Shown: positions 26,010 through 34,554, numbered from the stretch's first letter. The stretch: 35,047 bases of DNA from a virus (IMGVR_UViG_3300030493_000037:1-35047), one strand, 5' to 3'. Notes: a model not told the origin generated them from the letters alone. Numbers and translations: made by a program.

Positions 26010-26447
26010 ATGTCCGAATTTGACACCATCTCAGCGCAACTCCTCAGCGGATTCACAGATTTGACCAAAGAGGTCGCGGGACTCAAGGGCGTCATCCTCA
26101 CCCGAATGGACGACACAGACCGCCGCGTTGATGCGCTGGAGCGCGGCTTTCGAAGTCTTTTGGACGACACAATCGCACAGGAGACGATGACGCCCAAGGC
26201 GTTTGATGAGCTCGCCCGCATTGAAAAAGCCTGCCACGAACGCCACCTGCGTCTGAACAACGTACTGACGCTCATGGAAAAAAACGACTCAGCTGAACAA
26301 CTGGAACGCGCCCGCGGCACCGGCCGGCGCGAGCAGACCGAGCGCATCATCGCTAAGTGTCTGATCGGCTTGGGCGTGGTCTGGGCTCTGTTTCTCACAG
26401 CTTGGCAGACGTGGCCGCCGAAGTGGTGGCCGAAGGTAGGACCATGA
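26010..26447 (+). CDS. Coiled-coil protein with C-terminal TM helix (holin/antiholin candidate)
   Basis: Helical body with TM CLIGLGVVWALFLTAW; directly upstream of the endolysin. Confidence 0.6.
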   Translation: MSEFDTISAQLLSGFTDLTKEVAGLKGVILTRMDDTDRRVDALERGFRSLLDDTIAQETMTPKAFDELARIEKACHERHLRLNNVLTLMEKNDSAEQLERARGTGRREQTERIIAKCLIGLGVVWALFLTAWQTWPPKWWPKVGP

Positions 26448-26830
26448 TCCCAACAACCCCAGTACCGCGGCTCTCCGCGCACTTCACGGCGGCCGAACTA
26501 GCATGTCCCTGCTGCGGATATATCCAGGCGGGCGCTCGCCTGAAGCGGCTGCTCAACGCTCTCGAAATCATCCGCTCGCAGACGGGCCGCCCGGTGCGGA
26601 TCTTTAGCGGATACCGCTGCCCGTCGCACAACCGGGCCATCGGCGGCGCCCCTGCTTCGAAGCACATGGATGGCGAAGCGGCCGATCTTGCTGTTGAAAA
26701 ATTCACGCCGGCGCAACTTGCCCGGCTCGTCAAGGACTGCTGCCCGGACGTGCGAGGCATCGGCGTTGGCGCAACGAAATTCCACATCGACGTGCGGGAA
26801 GGCTCGCTGGTCGAGTGGGTCTACAGGTAA
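26444..26830 (+). CDS. Peptidase M15A endolysin
   Basis: HF...ELACPCCG, SGYRCP.HN.AIGGA..SKHM.GEAAD, GIG....FHIDVR; ATGA coupling. Confidence 0.9.
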   Translation: MIPTTPVPRLSAHFTAAELACPCCGYIQAGARLKRLLNALEIIRSQTGRPVRIFSGYRCPSHNRAIGGAPASKHMDGEAADLAVEKFTPAQLARLVKDCCPDVRGIGVGATKFHIDVREGSLVEWVYR

Positions 26831-26840
26831 GGAGGGCATC

Positions 26841-27695
26841 ATGCCCACATGCAATCCGATTATCCCGGCACAGCCGAAAGAGGCTCGGTACGGAATCGAA
26901 AAACTCTACACGTCGCTGCGGCTGACCCGCGCGATGTACAAGGAAATCTATGGCGAGGAAGCGCCCGCCTACGACCCCAAGCGGCGTATCAAGCGGTGGT
27001 TCTTCACCGATCGCGTGTCCGACAGCCCGGACACCAACCTCCTGAGTGTGCCGGTGTGGGACGCCACCACGCGCACCATCCGCGAGATGGGGATGAAGGA
27101 GTCCGAGGTCGCCACCCCGAACCTTCCCGGCGCCGCGTCGTACCGCAAGTACGTCAACCCGGCGTCGACGTCGGCCGTCATCGTGGGACCGGACGCGGGC
27201 GACAAGCTCGAGATCAACGGCGCAACCCTCGTTGACCCCGTGGTGGCAAAGAGTGTTGTCGATGAGATCAACGCCGCGCTCGGCACCGCCTACGAATTGA
27301 AAGAGGTCGCGGCCGTGTGGCCGTGGAACATCGCGTACGGCGCCGAACCACGCCGGCAGATGAAGATGGCCGAGTGGGACATGGCCGCCATTCTGAAGAA
27401 CCGGTTCGCCGCGGGCGTCGGTGCTCCCGGCCGGTGGCAGGACCAGGGCGCATTGGGCCCGGTGTTTGTTCCCGAAGTTCCGAACGACGGCGAGCAGGAT
27501 CTCCGCCCCGAGATCCCCATGCCCTGCCGCGCGCTGCTGCCGAACGAGCGGATCGAGTCCGGGTTTGGCGGGCTGATCTCCATTGTGCGGACGGACCTGA
27601 CCGTCGACGAACCGGCGCCGGGGACTGGTGCTCTGACCGCCGAGCAGGACAAACTCCTGCGGGGAATCGCCGCGGCCGTGGGGGTGAAGCCATGA
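26841..27695 (+). CDS. Hypothetical protein in lysis region (284 aa)
   Basis: AAGGAGG RBS and typical codon usage; no recognised domain. Confidence 0.75.
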   Translation: MPTCNPIIPAQPKEARYGIEKLYTSLRLTRAMYKEIYGEEAPAYDPKRRIKRWFFTDRVSDSPDTNLLSVPVWDATTRTIREMGMKESEVATPNLPGAASYRKYVNPASTSAVIVGPDAGDKLEINGATLVDPVVAKSVVDEINAALGTAYELKEVAAVWPWNIAYGAEPRRQMKMAEWDMAAILKNRFAAGVGAPGRWQDQGALGPVFVPEVPNDGEQDLRPEIPMPCRALLPNERIESGFGGLISIVRTDLTVDEPAPGTGALTAEQDKLLRGIAAAVGVKP

Positions 27696-28213
27696 CAGCC
27701 GAACAGCAGAAAGCCCTTGAGGTTCTGGCGCAGATGGTTGCGGCAACTGTTCCCAAGGCGGCCGGCGAGACAGCCAACACGGCCGTCGTCCACAACCACA
27801 TCATCGCCGCGCGTGACTTCGCGGTAAAGGCTGTTTCGGAACTAAACAAGGCGCTCGGCGCCATCACCGGAGGCGACACCATGCCGACCGTAACCGATAC
27901 CGTGACCGTCCCGTCCGACCAGTGGCCCAAGCCTGACCCCATCGTTCCGGAACCGGCACCGGAACCCGAGAAGGCTTCGAAGTGGGGCAAATTCAAGAGC
28001 GTCTTCAAGAAGGTCTGGCCTGTCGCGGCGGTGGCGGCCGCATTCATACCCGGCGCTCCGCTGGTCGTGGGCGCCGTCAACGCTGTCCTGAGCACGACGG
28101 CTGACCCGACTACCGCGGGCGTCGCGGGCGGCGCGGCTGGCGTGACCGCGCTCATCACGGCGGGCGTGTCGGAGTACCGGAAACAGGCGGCGGCGGAAAA
28201 GCCCAAGGAGTAA
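27692..28213 (+). CDS. Membrane protein with two hydrophobic segments (lysis accessory candidate)
   Basis: ATGA coupling; VWPVAAVAAAFIPGAPLVVGAV and GVAGGAAGVTALITAGV. Confidence 0.7.
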   Translation: MTAEQQKALEVLAQMVAATVPKAAGETANTAVVHNHIIAARDFAVKAVSELNKALGAITGGDTMPTVTDTVTVPSDQWPKPDPIVPEPAPEPEKASKWGKFKSVFKKVWPVAAVAAAFIPGAPLVVGAVNAVLSTTADPTTAGVAGGAAGVTALITAGVSEYRKQAAAEKPKE

Positions 28214-28216
28214 CTC

Positions 28217-28966
28217 GTGATCCAACTCAACATTCGCAAGGGCGAGTCTACCATCCGCTTCGGTTCTCCGACGTGGCTTGACCACAACAAGAAACCACTG
28301 CCCACGGATCTCGTCCTGCGGATGCTTGACTGCGAGCGGGCTTGCCTGTTGATTCATGGCTACAACGTCGATGAGGCCATGCCGGCGTTCGCGCTGGTCA
28401 ACGACAGCATCGAAGGCCTTTACGACGTGGTGATCGGCTTGACCTGGCCTGGCTCCAGTGTGGAACTCGGCTATTGGATGGCAGAGAAACGGGCGGACAC
28501 GGCGGGCAAGATCATCGCGTCTCTGTTCGCCGGCCTGCCCCACGCCACCCTCGACGTCCAGGGTCACTCCTGCGGCTGCCGCGTGGCGCTGGAAGCCGTC
28601 CAAAACGGGCTCAAGGTCCGCAACCTCATCCTCGCCGCGGCCGCCACGGACAACGAAACCGTCCACATCGACCGGAAGTATGGCAAGGCGCTCGCGGCCA
28701 ACGTGGACCGCTGCCTTGTAGCCCACTCCCGCAACGATGGCGTGCTCAAGCGGGCGTTCCGGATCTCGAGCTTGCTGAAGCGCGTCGTGAGCCCGGCGAA
28801 CTGGGGGGACGATTGCTGTGCGCTCGGCTACACCGGGCCGCAAGACGTTCTGATGTGCCCGCCCAACGTGCAGGCCGTCAACCTGACAAAGCAGATTCTG
28901 AAGCACGGCGACTACAAGTACCGGGAAGAGTACTTCGCCGCATGGCGGGCGTTGGCGGCGCGGTAG
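28217..28966 (+). CDS. Alpha/beta hydrolase (DUF900-like esterase)
   Basis: LIHGYN, TWPG, nucleophile elbow GHSCG, LAAAA, HS.ND.VL, H.DY; AAGGAG RBS. Confidence 0.85.
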   Translation: MIQLNIRKGESTIRFGSPTWLDHNKKPLPTDLVLRMLDCERACLLIHGYNVDEAMPAFALVNDSIEGLYDVVIGLTWPGSSVELGYWMAEKRADTAGKIIASLFAGLPHATLDVQGHSCGCRVALEAVQNGLKVRNLILAAAATDNETVHIDRKYGKALAANVDRCLVAHSRNDGVLKRAFRISSLLKRVVSPANWGDDCCALGYTGPQDVLMCPPNVQAVNLTKQILKHGDYKYREEYFAAWRALAAR

Positions 28967-28967
28967 G

Positions 28968-29192
28968 CTACCGTCCCACCGCAACCACAGTGGGGCACTC
29001 CTGTTTGTCCTCGCACGGCATATGGCCCCGAATCGTGAACACCTTACACGGGCACGGCACCCGCGCCACCTTACGCCGCGCCATTTCCCGTTTTACGTCG
29101 TCGAGTTGCTTTGTGAGGGACAACTCCATCCTCAACAGGCTGTCCGCTGGTGCTTGCCTGAGTTGCTGCTGTGCGTACATGGTGGATAGCAT
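28968..29192 (-). CDS. Possible small protein overlapping the repressor 3' end
   Basis: Helical LLRMELSLTKQLDDVKREM plus a Cys cluster; fills the gap to the hydrolase; no clear RBS. Confidence 0.35.
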   Translation of the reverse strand: MLSTMYAQQQLRQAPADSLLRMELSLTKQLDDVKREMARRKVARVPCPCKVFTIRGHMPCEDKQECPTVVAVGR

Positions 29193-29433
29193 TATCTAAC
29201 GCCCGGTGCGCGGACTCAAGGTCGCCAAGTACAGTATTAGCTAAGCTTAATTGGTCCTGTCCTAAAGATAGTCCCAATTCTGGCGTAGCCTGTGCGCCGC
29301 GGTTGTCGGACAACCAGATCTCAAACGCTTCGATGGCAGCCTCGCGGATGCTCGGGATCTCCCGGTCGAGAATGGCCTGCTTGATGGCCTTCACTAATTC
29401 TTTTGGAACTCTATTGGCCCTGATATCAGCCAC
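29071..29433 (-). CDS. Ribbon-helix-helix-like regulator (candidate repressor)
   Basis: AAGGAGG RBS; strand ADIRANRV-P, helix KELVKAIKQAI, helix SIREAAIEAFEIWL; divergent from the Cro-like gene. Confidence 0.65.
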   Translation of the reverse strand: MADIRANRVPKELVKAIKQAILDREIPSIREAAIEAFEIWLSDNRGAQATPELGLSLGQDQLSLANTVLGDLESAHRALDNAIHHVRTAATQASTSGQPVEDGVVPHKATRRRKTGNGAA

Positions 29434-29460
29434 TTACCCCTCCTTCTGTGGAAACGTGTC

Positions 29461-29498
29461 ATTTTCCCCTTGACCTCTTGGGGAAAATTCCTCATACT
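29461..29498 (+). promoter_or_regulatory. Early promoter overlapped by a palindromic operator
   Basis: ATTTTCCCC-N10-GGGGAAAAT (29461-29488) straddles TTGACC-N17-CATACT (29470-29498). GTG follows 7 nt later with no RBS. Confidence 0.75.
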
Positions 29499-29505
29499 CG
29501 TTTTC

Positions 29506-29724
29506 GTGAGTCAGTCTGACAAGAGCTTAACACGGAGCGCGATCAGGCGCATCCTGAAAAAACGCCCCGGCGCCATCAGCAAAATCGCCACCGATCTGGG
29601 CATCACCCGCCAGACGGTGAGCGGCGTGCTGAAGGGCTTGGGCACGTCGTCCCGCGTGATGGCGGCGGCGACGGCACTGGCTCACGAAATACTTGCGCTG
29701 GAGGCGTCTCGTGACCGCCTCTAG
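29506..29724 (+). CDS. Cro-like HTH regulator
   Basis: ISKIATDLGITRQTVSGVLKG HTH; first gene of the early operon. Confidence 0.8.
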   Translation: MSQSDKSLTRSAIRRILKKRPGAISKIATDLGITRQTVSGVLKGLGTSSRVMAAATALAHEILALEASRDRL

Positions 29725-29932
29725 CATTCCTCCACAGTCCCACAAAGTCCCCGGTACGCCGGAGAGTTATGTCGATATGGCGTCGGCAACGGCCAACGCT
29801 GAACGTGTCGGGCGGAGTATTGCCGTCCGGCTGGTCAAGGAGGGGTTGAACCGGCATCAGGCCCAGGCTGCACTCTCGTTTGCGCGGGCGAGTCTGGACT
29901 GCTGGTTCGACCAGGGCAACCAGAGGAGATAA
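29711..29932 (+). CDS. Small hypothetical early protein
   Basis: GGAGG then GTG at 29711, overlapping the Cro-like gene end. Confidence 0.55.
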   Translation: MTASSIPPQSHKVPGTPESYVDMASATANAERVGRSIAVRLVKEGLNRHQAQAALSFARASLDCWFDQGNQRR

Positions 29933-29936
29933 CGTC

Positions 29937-30239
29937 ATGAAACTATTCCAACTCAGGTCAAACCTTCGTTCGCTACCCGCGTTCGAAATGGCTGAGAGCA
30001 AAGAGGATGCAACCAAAGTAAACGCCGCCGACCTTCGCCGGTCGGTGGTCGACATGATTGAAGTCCATGAACGGACCGTTTGTGAAGTCGCTCGGGCACT
30101 GGGCGTGTCTGAGCGGACAGTCACGGACTTGTTCATCGAAGCCAAGAATTTGGATAAGCAGCGGGCCATTCGCGTGGCCTGGGACAACGGCCGGCGCAGC
30201 ACCTTGCCGCCCGTGATGGCAATGCGGAGAGCCGCATGA
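29937..30239 (+). CDS. HTH protein upstream of integrase
   Basis: GAGGAG RBS; TVCEVARALGVSERTVTDLF. Confidence 0.75.
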   Translation: MKLFQLRSNLRSLPAFEMAESKEDATKVNAADLRRSVVDMIEVHERTVCEVARALGVSERTVTDLFIEAKNLDKQRAIRVAWDNGRRSTLPPVMAMRRAA

Positions 30240-31438
30240 ACCACCTGCCGTCCGCCGTCCACTTGTGGGACGATGCGCTCATGAGGAAAAAAGGCGAACA
30301 GCGCGGGACCGTCAGGCTTCGCGGCGACTCATGGCATGTTTCGTTCCGGCAGTGGGAACGGGACGCGGACGGCAACGTATCTTGGAAGCGAGTTGAGAGG
30401 CGAGTGGGGCCGGCAACAGGCAAGGAGAAGTTGTCCTTGCGGTCGGCGCAACGGGTGGCCTATGACGAGCACGTCAGCAAGGCCAACACCCAGAGCGTCA
30501 ACCCCGGCTCCATGCTGACCCTTCAGCAGTTCTATGACAGCAGGTACGCGGTGGACTGCCTGCCGCTCTTGGCGAAGAACACGCGCCAGGCGAAGCGGTC
30601 CATCATCGCGTGCCACATCCTGCCGACATTCGGCGGCATGGCGCTGAAGGACATCGGAGTGCGCCACATTCAGATGGTCATCGCGGCCAAGCAGGAAGCG
30701 GGCTACAGTAGCCAGACCATCACGCACGTCCGTAACTGCCTGAGCGCCATTCTGCGCCACGCGCGGCGCCAGGGCTACATCACCGGGCAACTGGCGACTG
30801 AGGACGTGTTGACGCCCGAAGTCCACCACCGGGAGAAGCGGGCCCTGACCATCGAGCAACTGCGGATGCTGTCTGAGGAGATGCCGCTACGGTGGAGGGC
30901 GCTGGTCCTCATGATGGGGCGGCACGGCTTGAGAGTGGGCGAAGCGGCTGGCCTGCGCTGGAAGGATGTCAACCTGACGGATCAGGCCATCATCTCAGAC
31001 GGCGAACTCATCAGGCCCAACGGAATTCTGGTCCGGTCGAATTGGACGGCGGCTGAACGGAAGTCGCCGAAGAACGGGAAGACACGGTACGTCCCGCTGG
31101 TGGCCGAAACCTGGGTGGCGTTGATGCTACACCTGGAGCGGACGAAATGGAACGGGACCGAGCAGCCCGTATTCGCCGGCCACACGGGAGCGCCGATGGA
31201 TGCGCACAACATCTTGGCGCGGTCGCTGAAGACGGCCGCCAAGCGGATCGGCGCGCCGTGGGTGACGTGGCATGTCCTCAGGCACACGTCGTCAACGCTG
31301 GCGGATCTGTCGGGGCTCACGATTGCGGAGAAGCAGAAGATTCTTGGGCACTCCACGGCGGAGATGTCCACACACTACACGCACCCCGAAGCGGAGCGGG
31401 TGCGGCAGGCGATGGAACACGTAGGGAGAGTTAACTAG
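30236..31438 (+). CDS. int: Phage integrase (tyrosine recombinase with N-terminal arm-binding region)
   Basis: 400 aa. HILPTFG..LKDI; HGLRVGEAAGLRW.D; PKNG..R.VPL; WHVLRH; LGH; HY. Confidence 0.93.
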   Translation: MNHLPSAVHLWDDALMRKKGEQRGTVRLRGDSWHVSFRQWERDADGNVSWKRVERRVGPATGKEKLSLRSAQRVAYDEHVSKANTQSVNPGSMLTLQQFYDSRYAVDCLPLLAKNTRQAKRSIIACHILPTFGGMALKDIGVRHIQMVIAAKQEAGYSSQTITHVRNCLSAILRHARRQGYITGQLATEDVLTPEVHHREKRALTIEQLRMLSEEMPLRWRALVLMMGRHGLRVGEAAGLRWKDVNLTDQAIISDGELIRPNGILVRSNWTAAERKSPKNGKTRYVPLVAETWVALMLHLERTKWNGTEQPVFAGHTGAPMDAHNILARSLKTAAKRIGAPWVTWHVLRHTSSTLADLSGLTIAEKQKILGHSTAEMSTHYTHPEAERVRQAMEHVGRVN

Positions 31439-31536
31439 ATGCGAGTAGAGAAGTATGTCGAGTACCCGTACCCAGGACTGATAGTTTCAGAGTCGGGCCG
31501 GAGGGCGCACGTTGGGGCGATGGGGGTGGCTGCATA

Positions 31537-31749
31537 ATGCCAGTCCGTAAACATAAACCAGTCGAAGCAAACGACGGAAGCTACGGCGGCAAGGTACTGG
31601 CGGCATTTGACCAGCAAGAGGCCGAACGCTGCGAGGGCTGCGGATTTGCCGCAACGTGCGAAGACAGTGAAGGCATTCCGTTTTGTGACGAATGCTTGGC
31701 GACCTTAGTCAAGGAACGTATGGAAAGTGAAGGAGATGCAGCACGATGA
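31537..31749 (+). CDS. Small Zn-finger-like early protein
   Basis: CEGC...CDEC; ATGA overlap with the next gene. Confidence 0.6.
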   Translation: MPVRKHKPVEANDGSYGGKVLAAFDQQEAERCEGCGFAATCEDSEGIPFCDECLATLVKERMESEGDAAR

Positions 31750-32117
31750 GCCCTAACCCACTGTTTATTCGTCCATGGCCGCTTTGGAAGAGGATGCTGC
31801 AAAAACTATGGGAAACATTTGAGTGGGGTGACGATGAATACCTTCGATTTACGATTGGCCACTATCCGTTCACGGCGTGGGTCACCGCCTACACTCGGGA
31901 TTCCCGTCGAAGTTGGCATCGGCGCCTGTTCCCTTGGCGGCTCCGGTTCGCATGGGCTAGTCTGCTTTGCAACTACGTGTGCAGCGTATGCACTGTGTGT
32001 AATAGCAGGTTCTCTCTGCGGGAGTTGCTAAGCCGGGACGACAGCCTGACTCGCTTCCAGTCCGGATCTATCTGTCACAGAGATTGTCCTCCTGCAAGGG
32101 TTGGCGGGGGGAACTAG
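31746..32117 (+). CDS. Hypothetical early protein (Trp/Cys-rich)
   Basis: AAGGAG RBS; CTVC...CHRDC. Confidence 0.6.
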   Translation: MSPNPLFIRPWPLWKRMLQKLWETFEWGDDEYLRFTIGHYPFTAWVTAYTRDSRRSWHRRLFPWRLRFAWASLLCNYVCSVCTVCNSRFSLRELLSRDDSLTRFQSGSICHRDCPPARVGGGN

Positions 32118-32121
32118 GTAG

Positions 32122-32196
32122 ATGGGACACGAGTGCCCGGAATGCTATCAGGCGTGTTACTGCGATGGAGAGGATACGTGGGGGAAAAGCAGATGA
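32122..32196 (+). CDS. 24-aa Cys-rich mini ORF or gene remnant
   Basis: MGHECPECYQACYCDGEDTWGKSR*; ATGA overlap with the next gene. Confidence 0.4.
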   Translation: MGHECPECYQACYCDGEDTWGKSR

Positions 32197-32363
32197 TCGA
32201 CCGAAGACTCGCAGAAGACGTACTATATGCGTTTTCGGTCGAACCCAAACACGACCGGCAAACACTTGAGAACTACCTCCTGCGGTATCCCGAACTTGCA
32301 GAGGAGTTGATCGACCTCTCTCACGAACTTCGGCTGGTCACTAAACTAGAGGTATTGAAATGA
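32193..32363 (+). CDS. 56-aa helical early protein
   Basis: MIDRRLAEDVLYAFSVEPKHDRQTLENYLLRYPELAEELIDLSHELRL; ATGA coupled at both ends. Confidence 0.7.
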   Translation: MIDRRLAEDVLYAFSVEPKHDRQTLENYLLRYPELAEELIDLSHELRLVTKLEVLK

Positions 32364-32809
32364 GCACGATGGAAATCACGACTAGAATTAACCGCAAGTG
32401 GCTTGAGCGGAAGCCCAAGCATGAACTGGCGTCAATCATCATGTCCAACCTTGGTCGGATAAACCTGTTTGCGGAACATGGCGAGGTCCAGTCCGGTCAC
32501 GATAGGCCGCTAGCCGTCAACGTCACAGGCGGGGGCGAACTTACAATCCGCATTGGCATCAACACGCTAGCGTTCCGCTTTAACCGCCAAGAGGATAACA
32601 CTCCATACGACGAAAAGGCGAACGGGTTCAAGCGGTTGTATCGGGTAGTAGATGCCGTTGAGTTCGCCAAAAAAGTGCGTACCAAACTCTGTCGAGAAGA
32701 AGAGGACGGCAGTACGCCGCTGACCGATTTATTTGACAAGGTTTGCCGGAACGCCATTGATAACGGATGCTTCGGCGTCGAAGAAGACGGACGAGACAAG
32801 AAAGTATGA
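32360..32809 (+). CDS. Hypothetical early protein
   Basis: GAGG RBS; LTIRIGINTLAF...EEEDGSTPLTDLFD motif. Confidence 0.75.
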   Translation: MSTMEITTRINRKWLERKPKHELASIIMSNLGRINLFAEHGEVQSGHDRPLAVNVTGGGELTIRIGINTLAFRFNRQEDNTPYDEKANGFKRLYRVVDAVEFAKKVRTKLCREEEDGSTPLTDLFDKVCRNAIDNGCFGVEEDGRDKKV

Positions 32810-33054
32810 AAAATGAATGTCAACACCAGAATCCGAATACCCCACAATCCGAGAACGTTCAGGCTTGCGCGACGTGCAAGTTCCTTGGGGTCTTAAAGGG
32901 AACTCTAAGTAACTACAGCCACTGCAGACGGCACGCTCCGGTCCTTACTGAGGGGAGTACGTTGATTGGCGACTGCTGGCCTACTGTAAATCTGGCTGAT
33001 TGGTGTGGAGATTGGGTGGCCTTAACTGCGGATGAACAGCGGAAGGATGGATGA
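32806..33054 (+). CDS. Cys-rich small phage protein
   Basis: CATCKF...CRRHAP...WPTV...DWCGDW pattern; ATGA coupling. Confidence 0.75.
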   Translation: MKNECQHQNPNTPQSENVQACATCKFLGVLKGTLSNYSHCRRHAPVLTEGSTLIGDCWPTVNLADWCGDWVALTADEQRKDG

Positions 33055-33072
33055 ACTATGGAAGGAAGTTCG

Positions 33073-33165
33073 GAAGTGATTGATTCCACACATATGACAC
33101 TTTGCCTCCGGAGCAAAAGGTCGTCCGTTCAAGTCGGACCGGGCGTACCACTTTTCAACGGCTTA
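33073..33165. promoter_or_regulatory. Two IHF-like sites flanking the att core
   Basis: Minus strand AATCAATCACTTC (33073-33085) and plus strand TTTCAACGGCTTA (33153-33165), each one mismatch from WATCAANNNNTTR. Confidence 0.6.
33101..33150 (+). mobile_element. Probable attP core: 3' half of a tRNA-Arg(CCG) gene
   Basis: Anticodon arm TTTGC-CT[CCG]GA-GCAAA, variable loop AGGTC, T arm GTCCG-TTCAAGT-CGGAC, acceptor 3' strand CGGGCGT-A-CCA. No D arm or 5' acceptor strand upstream. Confidence 0.88.
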
Positions 33166-33281
33166 CAGCCACCCCCCACCCACCAGAGCGTTTGCCTTCC
33201 ACTGGCAAATGGTCACTTAACAGCGGATGAATTGCGGATGGCCGCAGCCTCGCCGATTTCCCACCGGGCCGGGGGTGCGCG

Positions 33282-34175
33282 ATGAGCGCCACCACGAAGA
33301 TCTCATGGACCGACGCAACGTGGTCGCCGATCCGTGGATGCATGGACCACGGACCCGGCTGCGTCAACTGCTACGCAAAGCGCATGATGGCGCGCGGGCT
33401 GCCTGGCCTGAAGAGTCCCACCACCGGAAAAGACTTTGCCATCATGACGCCGCACGGCCCGCGCTGGACGGGCGAGGTCGAACTGATCGAGTCGCAGTTG
33501 GACGTGCCGCTGCACTGGCGGAAGCCGCGGCGGATCTTCGTGGACTCCATCAGCGACACGATGCACAAAGACGTGTCACTGGATTGGCTTGAGCGGATCT
33601 GGCGTGTGATGCTGTCAACGCCGCACCACACGTACATCGTCCTAACGAAACGCGGAGAGCGCCTGCCTATCGTCGTCCCTCAGATCATGCACCGCATCTG
33701 TGGTCCGCACTGGGCACCACCAGCCCATATCCATTTTGGCGTCTCGATCTCCATCCAGGCCGACGCCGACCGGGAGATCCCGCACCTGCTGGCCACGCCG
33801 GCCGCCGTGCGATTCGTGAGCCTGGAGCCGATGCTAGAGCGGGTGACATTCCGGTGGGCGAAGTGGAAGGGATTTAACCCTCCAGGTATTCCGACGAATC
33901 ACCTTGACGGGCTGCGCATGTTGGACGGGATTATAGTCGGTGGCGAATCCGGACCCGGAGCGCGGCCCTGTAGCTTGGAGGACATCCGGTCCGTAGTCCG
34001 CGAGTGCGCGGAGGCGCGGGTCAACTGCTACGTCAAGCAACTCGGCGCGGTCTGGGCGCGAGAGGGCTATGATATGTGCCACACCAACGGCGAGAAGTGG
34101 GACCATAAGGGCGGCAATCCTGCCGAGTGGCCTGAAGACCTGCGCGTGCGGCAGTTGCCGGGGGCCTCCCGATGA
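33282..34175 (+). CDS. DUF5131 (phage gp37/gp68) family protein
   Basis: TKISWTDATWSPIRGC...PGCVNCYA, WRKPRRIFVDS.SD, LTKR, RFVSLEPML, IVGGESG..ARP, VKQLG. Confidence 0.92.
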   Translation: MSATTKISWTDATWSPIRGCMDHGPGCVNCYAKRMMARGLPGLKSPTTGKDFAIMTPHGPRWTGEVELIESQLDVPLHWRKPRRIFVDSISDTMHKDVSLDWLERIWRVMLSTPHHTYIVLTKRGERLPIVVPQIMHRICGPHWAPPAHIHFGVSISIQADADREIPHLLATPAAVRFVSLEPMLERVTFRWAKWKGFNPPGIPTNHLDGLRMLDGIIVGGESGPGARPCSLEDIRSVVRECAEARVNCYVKQLGAVWAREGYDMCHTNGEKWDHKGGNPAEWPEDLRVRQLPGASR

Positions 34176-34547
34176 GACGCGCCATCATCGCCATTAGCTT
34201 TGCGGCCGGCGCCCTTTGTCTCGCCGTCCTCGTCATCACGAACTGGGAGGGTCTATGCGCACGCTGATGGGCCGAATCAACTGGGAAGGCATCGGCTGGA
34301 CCGTGCTGATCCTCGGCGGCGTGGCTCTCTGTGGCGCGTGGGCGATGTGCTGGCTCAGGGACGCACTGCGATGACCGCCCGCCTCCGCATCGTCAACCCG
34401 GCCCCGACCGTCGGGCAGGTACGCGCTTGGCAGTCGGTCGTCCGCGAGAAGCGGATTCAGTGGGACATCGCCGTGACCTGGATCGGCGGCGCTCTCATCG
34501 GCATAGGATTTTGGACCGGACTCGTCTACCTGGCACGGCGCTGGTAG
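34172..34547 (+). CDS. Three overlapping single-TM mini proteins (34172-34267, 34255-34374, 34371-34547)
   Basis: MRRAIIAISFAAGALCLAVLVITNWEGLCAR*; MRTLMGRINWEGIGWTVLILGGVALCGAWAMCWLRDALR*; MTARL...IQWDIAVTWIGGALIGIGFWTGLVYLARRW*. Confidence 0.6.
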
Positions 34548-34554
34548 ACCCCTT

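Noticed and set aside
27633-27720. LTAEQDKLL / MTAEQQKAL similarity across a gene junction
   Set aside because: Short and degenerate at the DNA level; could be chance or an old duplication, so not supportable.
33055-33150. Complete tRNA-Arg gene
   Set aside because: There is no D arm or 5' acceptor strand upstream of 33101, and I saw none elsewhere in the window. Treated as an att core.
33058-33285. 75-aa ORF across the att site
   Set aside because: It overlaps the tRNA fragment and IHF-like sites and has no protein-like motif; probably spurious.
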